Assembly: GCA_977030845.1 (NCBI GenBank)
Contig: OZ365112.1
Coordinates: forward strand, 17,732,001-17,796,000
Origin: Fimbriosthenelais zetlandica
Lineage: Eukaryota
Length of the DNA: 64,000 nt
Direction: 5' to 3'
Shown here: one piece after another, positions 1 through 14,500 of the stretch
Layout: the number at the start of each line of letters is the position of its first letter
How positions within the stretch are numbered: position 1 is the first letter of the stretch
Position numbers and translations under genes: made by a program
Notes under the pieces: model-generated
Seen by the model: the letters and a program-made list of their open reading frames with translations, nothing else
Told to the model about the DNA's origin: nothing
Database searches by the model: none

Positions 1-1379
1 ATACGGGAACACCTTAGGGTTGAAAGATTGTTCTTCTTTTTCCTGTTTTTTCAGACTTGCACTGATTTATCAAAATTGTTAGGTCTAGGTTTTATATTGC
101 ACAATGCCGAGAGCTTTATATATGGTATGCCTGATTGCATTCCAGCCTAGAAATCCAAATGACACATAGCAGTGATCAAGATGTTAATTCATGATTTATT
201 TAGACATATTTTGAGTGTAGCATTAAAGTTGGATCTCAGTGTTGTGGTATCTGCATCCACCCATAAACATTAATAGTCCAAAAAGAAGTAGAAATATTAA
301 CACATTCTGAAAATGTATGTTACTAATGTGCTGTGATTTTTATCATGTCCTTATTGTTTCTGTGGACATTGCCAAGGCGTGTACTGAAGTGTTGAGGCAA
401 ATGAATTTATACCTCGCTGGAAGGTATCGAAAATACGCAGAAGTGTGATATCAATTTTACCTGGTTTTCTGATAAAAGTATATCGGTATTATGATGTTAT
501 GGTAATACTTTTAGTTCAGTACTTATTTTGATATTCAATAAGTATGTGGTATCTTTGCAGTTTTCATTGTAATGTCATTCAGATAATTGATGAAAGTGCA
601 TGTTCTATAAACTGAAAATCGTTAATGTTCCATAAATTAATTAAATGGGGGATCTCGCTGGATGCTGGATGTAGGCAGTAACTTGTCAGGTACATAACGT
701 GTCAACCCCTATTTAAAAATATATTTCAAAACTACTGGGATTACAAGAATTCTATTCATTATTTGTTTAATTTGAATAAGTTCAAACTATTGGATGTAAG
801 CATTGGTATTCATGTACTACTTCAAAAGTTGGGAAGGTAAAATAAAATGTGACTATTTCAAATGTGAACCTCTGTTCGATATGGGGTAACAAGGTCCAAA
901 AGAGGGTAGGATGTTTCTATTGTTCCAAGGCATTAATATCTTTAAAGGAGAGAATCGGAAAAGTAAAGAGAGTATGACATTTCCTCCTATTGCTATAATC
1001 TTTACTGTTACAAATTACAAAAACAAGAAAAGCTCGCAGATTGACAATGTTATATCTAATGCCTGCAGGATTACAGCCCCTTTGCAAAATCAAGTTATGG
1101 CTCCATGTGGAAAGTGTTTTGCTTCTTTGATACATGTTAAGTATGTGACAATCATTGTGATAAATCGTGTTAAGGATTAAATATGAGCTCAGTGCAGGAT
1201 CACTCGCGGCATCCATATGACACAACAAATGCATACCATGGAACTGTGTGAAATACCTCTGATGCAGATTGCCCTTGTTCTGTTCTTAGATGTGAGACTG
1301 TTCTTTTAATCTTAATTCAAGAGGATTGCAAGAGGATGTGAAGCACAATAGATCAAAAACTACGGTAGCCGAAGAAAAA

Positions 1380-4300
1380 CTATAGTTTGCTTGACACAAC
1401 CACCTCTTCTGCTTCTATCACCTCATCTCTTGTTTCTTCACTCGAAACGTTATTCCTCTCCAGATTGAGTTCTGTTACGTTTCCATTGCTTTGAGATTGA
1501 CCTCTCCCTGTACATGACCTCAGACTGCACATATATTCTACCAAGAAAACCAAAATACTCCCAGCGCTGAAAACGCCACAAATGAAGAAGGCGCCGCTGA
1601 GCGCAGGGAAGCGGAGGGAATATTTTGACGGGTCTGTGTCCTCAGTACATGCATCATGAGGCCACCATTTCTGTCGGAGCCTCTCAATTAATCCGGCTTC
1701 CTGCATTTTAGAAATTCTTAAAAAAAAAGAAAGAAGAAAATTGAATACTGTTATCGCCGACTTGATGAAATTGTACAATTTATTCCTGCTATCGAGGCGG
1801 ATATAGAACAAATGACTTTCATTAAACTCACGTTGTTGAGATTGCATCTCGATATTCAGCATCCTTTGGCACGACGAAAGCAAGTCCACCCTTGAAAAAT
1901 GATTCAGTTGCAAGAACATAGGTGTTGCATTCCTTTTGCATGACAAACTTCAGCTGTGGTGTGTCACCCATGAAGCCATAGTCTCCTGTTTTTTTCACCA
2001 TTTTCAACGCCTCTGTGTTGTCCTTTGGAAAGGGTATGGACTGCTGGAGTTCTTGCCATATTGTAGCATACACAGATGGTGGTTTGGAGTCCTGAATGAT
2101 CAAATGTAAATGTACAAACCACCAAATCGTGTATTTTACTAATTGTTAACAAACCAGAATATGTATTCTTTAACATACCAGAGTGTATAATTATTTCACC
2201 CACACGGGGATTTCTTTTGCTTATATCTTACATTGAAGAGTTGGGTCAAGGCTGTAGAGTTCTTGATGAGGGGTTTGATGGTAGTCTGTTCTGACAGTTC
2301 TGTGATGGATTCTATATGGGGTGTAGGTGTTGGTGCTGTCAATGTGGCTGCCAGGTTAGCGGTGTAGTAGGCTGACAAGAGTATGCTGAACAGCCACAGG
2401 ATGACCACCAAAGTCCGGGCAGAATTTGTTGTGGGATATTCTGATCCAGCTGAAAGATGTACCCCAATTACCACATAATTTACTAGTAATGAAACCAATA
2501 CACTTAGGTCTACTGACATTTTTAGAAGACTGATGAAGTTAGTTCATCAGTTATATTTTTGCTTACACTGATCCATCGAATTTGTGAAGACCAGCCATAC
2601 ACTCTCGGCTGCTGTTATCTTCTTTGTGTTGTATTGCCTGTTGAATGCTGAGTTTACTGGTAATTCGGGAGGAAGAAACCAATTGATTGTGATGAGGGCC
2701 AAGGCAAAACCAACTGTGAGGCAGATAGCATATATCCAAACCATGAAATGAAAGGGTTCAAAGATCTTCTCTAGTGGTGAGGCGTAACCTTCTGGTTTTT
2801 TCATGATAATGCTGTTGTCTCCCTCCATAAAGACTGTTGTAAAGTCCACAACAGCTGATCTCTCCATAGTAATGGTGATAGGTCCTGCTATCATGTTAGC
2901 TTTCTAGAAAAAAGCTTATATTGAATCAGGTAAAAACATGCTGATACATATTTGTGGTCATTGTGCTTGTAAATCTTGCTCAAGGTTCAACGAAATATAA
3001 CTGAATCTGGTATGAAATAAGCAGTTGGTTCACATGCAGTTTTGGTGAGCGTACAACTGTTAAGGGAAAAAGTAGTCTCGACTTCAGATTGCGTCTTTAG
3101 TATATTGTCTTCACTGTCAGAATACATACTTACCTGCTTCATGATTAGTCCGATCTCTCCACTCCACGTGTTGTCTCCTTGGGGAACCCCCACTACAGGA
3201 GGGTCTGGTGTTACAATTCTGTACCTAATCATGATAAACAGGCCGACAGACTTTAATCATTTACATATACATGTATAGGGAGATCGGACTTCTTTATTAA
3301 GTCATGGAAGAAAGTAAAGTGATTTAAAATGACAGAAGGGACATCTTAGAAGAGACATCAGTCTTGATACATACCTGAAATTTAATGAAGTTTTCATTTC
3401 TTCAAGCAGATCAATACAAAAGCCCTCATAGGTGATATTATCTTCAGCACTGTAATTAATCTTTTTTATCACAAATGGATGTACCTGATGAGAAAAGATG
3501 ATAACTTGGTTGATTTTTCGGAATCTATAAGCTGCATTCTCATGTCACTGACACATTAAGATGCACCTTAACCTACCTCAATCATTGATATATTCAAAGT
3601 TCCATGTTGGAAGTCCTTGAAACGATTCTTGAAAATACTTCCCCCAGAAACATTCAAGCCTGCTCTTTGACTCCAGGTCCCAATATTTTCAAGATTGATA
3701 ATCCTTGGTCTGCTTTCTTCTCTACTTGTCCGATAAAGTTCAAAAATTGACATGCTGTTGTAGCCATATTGACCATATTTTACACCATGGAGGAATCCAT
3801 TAAATGTGTTCTTGAAGAAAAAACAAAATTCAATCAAATGGAAATTCATGTACGTGGGATTTTTAACCCTCATTTCCTGTCATCATGTTATAACCCACCT
3901 TGCGAAATGCAGTTCTCACATCCTTTGATATGTTATGCTCACATGTAGTGTTCAGCATGGTCCACATTTCAAAAGCAATAGTGATAGCTTCCAGGAGATA
4001 GAAATCTTCATTCTACAAGAGAAGGCGCAAGTATCTATGTTGATTTCTATGCAGCAGACTAAACCAAAATGCTCAGATTTATTGCAATGGGAGCTAGTCC
4101 TCCCCCTGTAATCTATTTACTGAAGCGAATGCAGTTTTCATATGTACTTACCTCAAGGCCCTCACTCCTGGCATCCCTGAGCAGTTTTTGGTTGAAGTTG
4201 CAATCCTCTCTTGTATGTAAGGAGATGGAGAGATCGGCCGTGAGGAACACAAGGTTGTTCTTATCCCAGCCAAGCAAATCAAAGTTACTGGGTTGCAAAT

Positions 4301-5920
4301 CGCCACCTAACACCAGCCACATAAACCGTTTCGAGTTCATCTTATATTTCGAAACCTTTTTTGGGGGAAAACAGGAAATATTTTATCAGGTGACAAAATT
4401 CTGATTAATGCAGAACAAAACATATTTTCGGTTTAATGCTTGAGCAAAAGACTTACCCAGTTTAGCAGGATTTTTATGTTCTCTTCTGTGTACATGACCA
4501 TAACATAAGCATAAATGTTGAGATCTGCATTGCTCATGTAGTCCGCGATATACCGGATCTGCTTCTTAATTTCACCGTGAGCAGTTTCTGTTCCGGAGCT
4601 CCGCCCACTGAGCCCATATATGGCCAAGCTCTTCGTGGGTTTCCGACGGCCGAGCCACTCAGAAAATGTGCTCACACTGTCTGAAACTAAAACAGATGTC
4701 CACTGATATTCATTATCCCATGCGCACGATTCACCTTTGATTGAATAATGAGCCTTCATTTAGGGGCAGCATATATATTTTGGTGGTTTAGAAAGTGAAT
4801 ACTTACTGGGATTCTACTAGACACGCATTTGAAACTGGAATTACACTATACATTGAATGGAACTAACTTTTCTGGTAAGCATACACCTTTTCTGAAACTT
4901 TTATCGAGTATATTGGTCTATCATTCTCTGTATTCGTGAAAAAAAGGTTCATACCCACTGACGTGTCATGAAATAGAACCAGGAAATCAGCCAGTGATAT
5001 TGGTTCTCTGTCTAGGATATCTTGGAGGGCAAGAAAAGGTAGATAGGAACCGGGATTGACATGGAGAGCCGGTGCTCTTAACCTGGACGCGGAGACGTCA
5101 CAGTTGTTTGGCGTCACTGATATGCGTGGCCCGCTTGATAGTGACGTCAATAGTTGATCTGTATTACAGTCTGTTGATGTCACATGGAATTTGAGTTCAT
5201 TGGACTTCCTTGGAACGCTGGTGTTAACATCTATATCAAAAGGGTTTATTTTGATTTTTCATATGCAAAATGAAAGGTGAAAAACTCTACCAAAAATACC
5301 CTTCTTAATGTATATTTTTGTTTAATCTATAATAGATAGGCCATCTCCTATAGACAACTATTGAAATGTTTTACATAGATGAAAACTATTATACCCTTTG
5401 CTCATATTGTTACTTACATTGCTGGATAGCATGTATGAGGAAGTCGTCATTGGCTTCCTCCTTTCTAATTTCTGCCAATCCTTTCGTATATTTCCAATTC
5501 ATCCTATTGATTAATTCGTCAAGTTTGCCACTGTCATTCGATGTTCTCCTAATGAAGATATCTTAAAGATGCAAGCATATATTATGGTCACAACATTGAT
5601 ACTTTAATTTTTAAGAATATCACATTGTGGGCTAACACTTTTCCTTTATCAAAGTTATAACAATGTAATGTATCGATTTATTTATATATGTTTTTAGAAT
5701 GTAGGCCCTCTCTGTTCTAAGGATTCTAATTCTGCATTGATGATTTTTTTCTCTGTGGTCATGAAGTTAAAAATTATCCTGTTCAATGTTCAATTATCTG
5801 TTCGAGCAAAAGGGAATGTTTTCTCTTACCTATTGTTAAGTTCACCTGCGTTTGTTCACTCGACTTACAGGGAATGAACATGAAACTTAAAAAGATCCCA
5901 AAGCCCACTGACGTCCACAT
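1380..5920 (-). CDS. Divergent ionotropic receptor / iGluR-like subunit A (multi-exon, with N-terminal domain)
   Basis: Exon 1 (5920-5830) encodes signal peptide MWTSVGFGIFLSFMFIPCKSSEQTQVNLTIG, then a GTAAG donor. Later exons give S1 (MIAGPITITMERSAVVDFT), M1, pore loop (WLVFTNSMDQSGSEYP), M3 gate (YYTANLAATL), S2 (YGFMGDTPQLKF) and M4 (FPALSGAFFICG). Stop at 1380. Confidence 0.9.
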
Positions 5921-7076
5921 GTCCCTAATGTTCCACGCTGTCTGGGAGCAGACACCTTCCTGGGATGCTAGGATAACAATATCCACATTTGATTCCTTGG
6001 AAACCTATTGCTCCACCAGGGAAGCAAGACACAAATGTCTAAGAGAGTGTTTGAGGAAGCATCTGTGAAGGCTTTTTAGCCAGTGCTTCTAGGATGTACC
6101 AAGGCAAATGGTCGATGAAAGGCAGCAAAGGGAAAACATTTACATTACGTGCCTTGAACAGAAACCAAGACTAAAAGTCTTCTGTCCTTCATGTCATAAG
6201 AATTAAGACTGTAGGGCCACTGTCATATTTTTGACAATTATTAATTAATTTTCCTGCAAGCATTCTTTAATGCTTCAAATAATCTGGACGCCCCGACGTA
6301 ATATAATCTATTGGTTCCTCAGTTCTATCATTAATCAATTCCACATGCAAGGCTATAGAGAACATAAATCCATTAAACAAAGAAGCAGTTGGTGAGAATG
6401 CATTTGTTTGAAGCGTATATTGATGTTTTAAATTCTCTCTTTGATGAAGTGCTAAGCAAAGATTGTTTAGTACAAACTAAATCGTCTGGCCAATTTATCC
6501 TAAAAAAAATTGCTTCGAAATTTGTTGTTAAATCTCTGGTTGAAACTTCAATTGCTTGTCGGAATTGCGCTGAGATTGAAGCTGAATTATTAATTGAATC
6601 CGTGCATGAAGTACCTACTACAGGTTGGGATATTTTGAAGGCTGTTTACAAATCGGCATTTTATTTCAAAACCTGAAACTTTTAGAGGGTTTTATCTCAT
6701 GAGGTCCTGATTGTAACAGACTATGTGATTCCCATGCTGTAACATACACCCCAATAGCACACATTAGGCCTACTCTTAATTCAAATTTCCCTCTTGTTTT
6801 ACGACAACCCATACGGCCTTAAATGCAAAAACACCTGTTTTAGGACGTACTCATACAAAGTTTCTTATACTTTTAAGTTCATGGAAGTTATCTTAATTTT
6901 GAAAATTATTTATTTCTTTGAATGAAAGTTGGTTCAACTGTATAGGCCTGTGTGTACCGGTACTGGGTTCATCACCCGTACTACATTTCAACCATGTAAT
7001 TGTCGTTACATTTTCTACAGATGACAAACTCATTATAATTGGTGTGCGTATTTTCAGTTGAGAGAATTTAAGCAAG

Positions 7077-10000
7077 ATGGCAGATGGTAATTTGAATAAT
7101 CTCTTCACATTTGGAATGGTGGGCACTGCTTCAACACTGGCCTTGTTCTTGTCTTTTTACCCCATAAGACCGTATGCCAGTTTGCCATCAGTCTTGGGCA
7201 ATGAGAGTCTAAGGATTGGTAAGCATAATAATTTCTTAGTAACTTGTCTTTGAAATTCTGATTTATTAATCTCAATTAATCTATGATATTCTTTATACCT
7301 CAGGTGTCTTTCTCAGCACTGATGTGATTACAACCGGCAGAAATAACGAAGGACTATTGGTGGATTTCATGGGAGAACACTGCGGAATTGGAATTGATGT
7401 CATCAGAAGTTCTAGACATACAGAGCTTTTAGGTAATTAGTATTTTGTTTCAGAAAAATCTTAATAAAGTTTCCAGATACGTGAAATGACTTAAAGTGCA
7501 AAATTTCTTTTGCAGAAGTACCAGTCACTCGATATGGGGCAGGGCTAATTTCTATGACAACATGTGAAGTAACTGAGACTATAGCCTTGATAGCAGATGT
7601 GTCCTCCATTCAGAATGTAGTTCTGACGTATCATGGTTGTTCTGTCCCCAAGATACAAAATTCAACTGTGTATTACTTAACAACCAAGCCAACGTATATC
7701 TTATCAGCTATTGTACATCTCATTCAAAGGCTGGAATGGACAGTTGTAAATGTCATTTATGATGACAGCATTGGAAACAGTGAGTGTTTATTTCAGTTTT
7801 CTATCTCCTTGCATGTAGGGTAGAATTTTTAAACTAAGATTAGATATTGATTAAAGTCATTATCTTAATTTAGTTGGTATGATATGCAATTCATTCAGAT
7901 CTTCAGCCATTGCAGCAGCTCTATACTCAGCTCAGTGGGATGCACATCATTTTTGCGCCAGTCTTTCTACCCAATAATATCAGCTGGACAATATCATGGG
8001 AAGAAAAAGATACCATTATGGAAGAGATTACAGGGAATATCAAGTTTGATGTTCGACGCCGAAGCTACACGAGAAACGTTTTAGTCATGCTTGGATTTGA
8101 AAATCTAGAATGGCTGCTTGATCAGGTAGTTTTAATTAATTTCTTTATAAAGGTATTTAAACCAATTTGTGGTTTGATCTATTTCTATCATATCTTGGTT
8201 TGTTTCAGGCATTGAATCGGGGATTGCTATTCGGACCTATCTATATGTGGCTAGTCCTAGGACTGGACTTGCCATTGGGATGTCTTGATTTGAAACCATT
8301 GATGAATTCCAACATATTATTCCTTACAAATGAGGATATGACTTGTGATTTTCCGTTCAAGGTAAGCTATATCAGCCATATACAATCAGGTCTATAGGAT
8401 AATATATTCTTCTAAAGAGGTCAATTGAAGTATTCACAATTTTGTATGTGAGTTAATTGCTATGGATCTGTATAGGATTTGTTTGCTGTAGGCCTACCGC
8501 ATCCTGGCCTTGACAGTTTATGTTAGCATGACATTGATTGTCCTTTTTAACCTTGAGGATGCCAACTCTCTCGTCCTCGCCGCCATGCTTGTCAGTGAAC
8601 TATCCTTCCCAGGCATATTGAACGTGACATCACTTCCGTCCTCCTCTTGTGGGATATCTGATGTTCACCCGTTCTCTTCTATCAAAGACAAGGTAAGTTG
8701 TCTTGAAGGTTGTGTTTAAGAAGATTGGATCTTATAAGCCCAATTTCATCCTACTCCATGTTTAAACTACCTTGCCTTACTTTAAAGCATTATTCACTAT
8801 TCTTTAAGGCTCTTTGGATTGCTGATCATAAAACGACATTTTTTGACGAGGAAGGCTTCCAGACAGATGTTGTTCTTCAGGCTTGGGGTCCTCCAATACC
8901 AGAATATACACACAATGATACCAACTTCTCACTTAAAGCCAATTGGTCCATAGAGGCCGGGCTGGTTATACTGGAGAAGGATTTATTCATCAATTCCCGA
9001 TATGACTTCAGGGGACGTTTGATCAAGATAGCAGTATGGGAGGTAGGATAATGGAATCAATTATATGATGACATGATACAGTGATCAATCAAATATTGCT
9101 TTAAATTTAGTATACATGATACAGAGAATTTCTTTTATTATAGGCACGACCATTTATTATTAAACGATTCCGAGATGATGGTACATTTTACTTCAAAGGT
9201 CTCTGTATCACCATGCTCGAGGAAATCTCCAAAGTTTTGAATTTTAGGTAATTTTCATTATCGCATGTTAATTATGATCTTTCTCAACATCAGAATCAAA
9301 TGTTGATATTTAGGCATAAGTATATTTTTTCATATTTCAGATATCAAATAGTGGAACCTGAAGATGAAATGTACGGAAAATTTGACAATGAAACTAAAAA
9401 GTGGATGGGTATGATTGGAATGGTCCATCGCAAGGTTTATTTGTCTTCCATATTTTCCCAAGCTACTTGTCTAATCTAATTCATTCCCTACATCTCAAAT
9501 AGATTCATCACAAAGTGTCTTTTTGTATTTTTAGGAAATAACGATGGCGGTAGGACCATTTACAGTCTCTGAACAGCGTGCAAGTGTAGTTGAGTTCAGT
9601 TCTCCCTTCATGGAGGATCAGGGAGGTTTTGTTGTTCGCCGTGTGAAGGATAATGGTTATACTGTATTCAAAATTTTCCGGCCCTTTGCATGGGAGGTGT
9701 GGGGCATATTGTTGGGTACAATGTTCGGCGTGGGAATCTTCTTGTTCCTCGTAGATCATCTGGCCAATTACATGAAAGAAAGCCCTGAGCTGAGGTTGTA
9801 TGGACTAAGGACCGTGATAGACTATGTTTGGATTGTTTATGGAGACTTGCTGGATCAAAGTAAGAAAAATGTTCCATATCTGATTTGATATATAATAATT
9901 TGACCTGATCTGATCGGATTGGGCTTATACAAAATGGTCTAGTAAATATTGTATTTACAAATTCAAATTCCTTTATTCTTGACAGGTACAGATTTCAGCC

Positions 10001-10893
10001 CACGGTCTTCCTCGGGCAGAGTTCTCATTGTTGTATGGTGGCTCTTCACCATTGTCATTGCATCCATGTATACTGCTAACCTGGCAGCAGTTCTCACTGT
10101 CTATATTCCACCCCAGCATATGGAGACGCTGGAGGATCTGGTAAAACATCCGGAGGTTCAGCCAATGGTTCAACCGGGATCCTTTCTAGGCGACATGTTC
10201 AAGGTACATGTATATCTGTACTCATTAATATGGTATTCTTCACAATTTCCATTATAATTTACCGTTCTTATCCATAGGTTAAAGAATTAGACTGAATGCA
10301 ATTGTATATTTATTATCTGCAGGAATCAAAGCCAGGATCAATACTATCTGAAGTGTCTCATAGATTAGATCAATTTAATCAGCCAACTGATTCATCAAGA
10401 GCTCTTGACCTTGTCAGACATTCTGACGGCTATGCTTTCTTGAGTGACAGGAGCCAGCTGCAGTATGATGTCACTCATGACTGCCAGCAACTGGCTTTGG
10501 CAAGAGAAAGATTTGGTCCACCATCCAAGTTTGCATTTCCTGTTGTGCAGCATGCACCATTCATTCCTGCCCTCAATCAAATGTGAGTGTTTAAAATTAT
10601 ATATTTTAGAAAGTATTAAGTTGATTGTCAAATTTGTCTGAATATTAATGAGGGATACTATTTCTTTGACCAGCATAATTCGCTTCCAAGAGTCAGGTCT
10701 GATGGATCGGTGGTATACCGAGTGGTGGACACAAGATTGTGATCTCACTGACGCTAGTTCTACCCCAGCCTCTGTAGCTATGAAGGAGTTGATGGGAGCA
10801 TTCTGCCTGATGGCCTTCATATCTATTCTTGCCTTTATTGCATTGTTCTTTGAAATCATCCTTCATATAATCTATAACGACAGATTTTCGTGA
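7077..10893 (+). CDS. Divergent ionotropic receptor / iGluR-like subunit B, paralogue of subunit A
   Basis: ATG at 7077 (caagATGG); exon 1 has a hydrophobic leader ending SLRIG at a GTAAG donor. Exons give S1 ([22 protein letters not shown]), pore ([17 protein letters not shown]), M3 ([10 protein letters not shown]), S2 ([12 protein letters not shown]) and M4. Shares MWLVLGxDL and WSxxAGL motifs with subunit A. Confidence 0.9.
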
Positions 10894-11558
10894 TAAGGTT
10901 CTACCAATATAACCAGAGATCTTTTCGTCAAGAAATAACCACAAAACTCATTATGGACAAGAGGATATTTTCTTAAATTTGCCTATTGAACTGACTGTGA
11001 CTATCTTATATCCTTTTTTTGCACAAATCCATCTTAAATATGTAATAAAAACTGAGCCAACACTTGATGTCCAGTGGGAGTCAATAAGGCTTCTAAGGTT
11101 CAATTACAAGCCACATTGATTGGCATTGCTTACATTGGATGTGGAAGACTGAGGCTGCATGGCCTCTCACTTCTGCCTCTCTCACGGCATGTCAATATTT
11201 GGTGCTTGGTGTGGTGTTTATAGGCAAGATATCAATAGTGGCCGTCCTCCTGAGAAACCAGAGACACCTCAACTGATGAATAAAACATTGGACGGATTAT
11301 TTTCATTTTCTCAGATGTCATATGAATATTGAAGGCTGTGGGGAGGGAGAGTTTAAGCTGGAATATGATCTGAGAGTTCCATGCTTTAGTTATCTGTGAA
11401 GTATTAGTACTTGATTGATGCGTTGGGTGGAGAGCATGCTCCTCTCAGCCTAGAGAGCTGCTCACCTCAGCCGGGACACGTCCCGAGTCCAGGCAGCGCT
11501 CAGGTATAGAGCTTCCTCCTGAGTGTCGCATCTCATATAGCTCTCACCTGTCTCCATC

Positions 11559-14500
11559 ATGGCGCCTCACTGGAGAATTATTGCCTTCATTTCTCTGCTT
11601 TCCATCATCCAAATTCACGCCATTCCCCCTATCTGTAAGTAAAACCAGTCTCTAATAATTGTATCTATAAACTTGCACTAAATTGCATTGTCTTAACAAT
11701 CATGGATGCAAATCTAAAGATAAGGTATGCTTTGTTATTGTTTTGTAGATATCTATATGGATGAGGGAGATGTCGCATTACGTAATATCTTGATGGAGGA
11801 AAGCAGGGAAGTGTCTCTTAATGGTTTCCCTATTTCCACCAATACATTCCTCATTAATAAAACAAACCTATACTCATCACTACTCGCAGGTACAGACAAT
11901 CTTAATTATTTTATCCCCCAAGTGAAATTCATTCTCCCATCCCGTCATAACTCCCATATTTACATTACTGTTTTAGAAATTATACTACTCGAAATATATT
12001 GATCACTAAATTTGTGTTTTTCCCTCAGCCCATGATAACCCTGATTCCTGGTCAGCTATCCTGGACCTCAGTTCTATTGGTACCTGTATATTGGCCGAGG
12101 TGGCCTGGAATCTTCAGCGACCCTACCTGGCTCTCTCAGACGCTGACTGCCGGTACTACCAGAAGTATATTCCTACCACCATTACTCCCCCTGACCAGAT
12201 GTACCTGGATGCGGCCATGACTGTGGCACAGAGCGCAAATTTCTCAACACAACCCATGCATATTGCTGTCTTTTACGATGACGATTTTGGTGAGTTGAAT
12301 CAAATAAATTTATATTTATTTCAGTTGGATCTAATACTTATAAAATGTAGGTATTCCTGCAGCTACTGACTGTATAAACCCTTGAAAAATTTATGCCATA
12401 CGTTGAAAAAATGTAGGCCTAAGAAATTGTTCATGGTTGCTTGGTTAATAGATGGAACCCTGATTCCAAAGGAGGTAGGATGGAACAGCACAGTCTTCTA
12501 CTTCCTGTTTCGGCTGCAATCATCCCCAAATGACACCCGGAAATTACTGATGAGCCTACGTAAAGATGTTGATGTGTCTACTTTTATCGTGCTAGCCTCC
12601 AAGTACAATATTGAGATAATATTAGAGCAGGTATGCACTGAATCTCTTACAGCCATCTCTTCCTAATATTGATCTAAATGGAAATTTGTTTCATTCATCA
12701 TAACCTGTTATCTATAGCTATAATCGAACCCTGTAATTGACATTTCCCGCAGGCTAGGGAGCTGCAAATGTTAGGAACAAAGGGCATGTACTACCACTGG
12801 TTCATTGTCACAAAACTGGAGGATCAGATCGAGTGTGAACAGTGTGATGTTGCTGAAATCATCCATATTCACCTCATGAACCGGAAGTCTGAAAAACTTC
12901 AGAAAATAAAGGAGCACCTTGATGGCACTAACACCAGCCTCACCTTGGTACCTAAGCAGAATAGTTGAGATTTGGAATTTGAATTTAAAAGGAAGAATAG
13001 GTTAATAATTTAAAGATCCTCTCTGGATGAAATTGCTTTTCAGGTCAAGGCCGCATATGCATATGATTCACTAGCGACAATGATCAATTTCCTCCTGTTG
13101 AAAAGTGCTGCAGAAAACCGAACTCCTGTTGAACAATTCGAAGAGATGCCTTTCATCCGATACCTGAAAAAGGTATTATTATTCCTATACCGTTCCTGAA
13201 GCTACAAGTTGGGTAGACATGTTCAAAAATAGATATTCTATTGCCTTCTGATTTTACAGAGACACCTGGATGGCATCTTTGGTCGTATTGGAATCACCCC
13301 TGATAAGGAGGATCCTGATCTAACACTGATCCTCAACAAAGAGCATGAGGGACGCAGACAGAAGGTTCAATCCCCTAGCATCATAATGAAAATATGACAT
13401 TTCTGTACATGCAGTACAGTGCATATTGACAAATCCTTATTATATTTCAGATGGGTTCATGGTCAAGCAGGTTCGGGCTGAATTTATTGACAGACTTGTT
13501 CCCTGATAGTGCTGTCCTACCCACTCTCACGGTCCTTACAATGGAGGTTAGTAATAAACAAAATCTTATATTTTAATAGCGTGCCATTTGAAAAGTTTCA
13601 ATGAATACATTGAACTCCAAGATACATATGATAATCTGGAATACTTTCAGGAACCCCCTTTCGTCATAGCACAGAGAGATCCAAATGATCCTGACAACAT
13701 CACCTATACTGGTTATACCTTCAATGTCCTGAACAAGATAGCTAAAGAGCTCAGGTTCCAAACAGATGTGTATACCCTGAGTCATTTCATCAAGGAGCCC
13801 ATTGATGCGCCTTATGATGCAATGGTTCGCATCTTGGCAGAAGGGGTAAGAAATGAAATTGTTCTAATGCCTTTGTTGTAGTAGCAAGCTATTTTATTAT
13901 CCAAAATGGTGAAGGCTTCTGTTGTGGAAAGATTATTTTCCCCGTTAATGAAAAATATTGGGTTGCGATTCATTGTTGATTTCAAATGTTGATAATCTTT
14001 CATAGCGTGTGGACATGGTGGCAGCCACCCTGAGCGTCACCCTGAACAGGTCTGAGAAGGTGGACTTCACCATTTCCTACTATGACTATGCTGGCATCCA
14101 GATCCTTATGAGAAAACCCAGCAAGGACAAGAATATATTCAACTTCCTGACAGTATTCAGGTAGCAGACTTTAAGATCCATATATGATAGCCGATTTCGG
14201 CTAGATGATCTTGATTATAATGCATGATTAGACCTTTACTGGGGTTTATTGTACTGACAGGACCATCTTGTGACATTTCTGTTGTATCTAATGTGTCAAA
14301 CTGTTTTTAAAGCTGGGAGGTTTGGGTTACGATAGCAGGAACCCTGGTTTTGATGACGTTGTTGGTGCATGTACTGGATCGCTTCAGTCCCTTCTCCTAT
14401 CGTAACCGCCGTGACTTCTATCATGAAGGAGGTCGTGTGTACACAGTCAAAGAGAGTGCCTGGTTCGTGATGGGATCCTTTACTAAATCAGGTGAGTTCT

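Noticed and set aside
911-1234. Overlapping short ORFs on both strands near the window start
   Set aside because: No motifs or splice support; likely 3' flank of receptor A.
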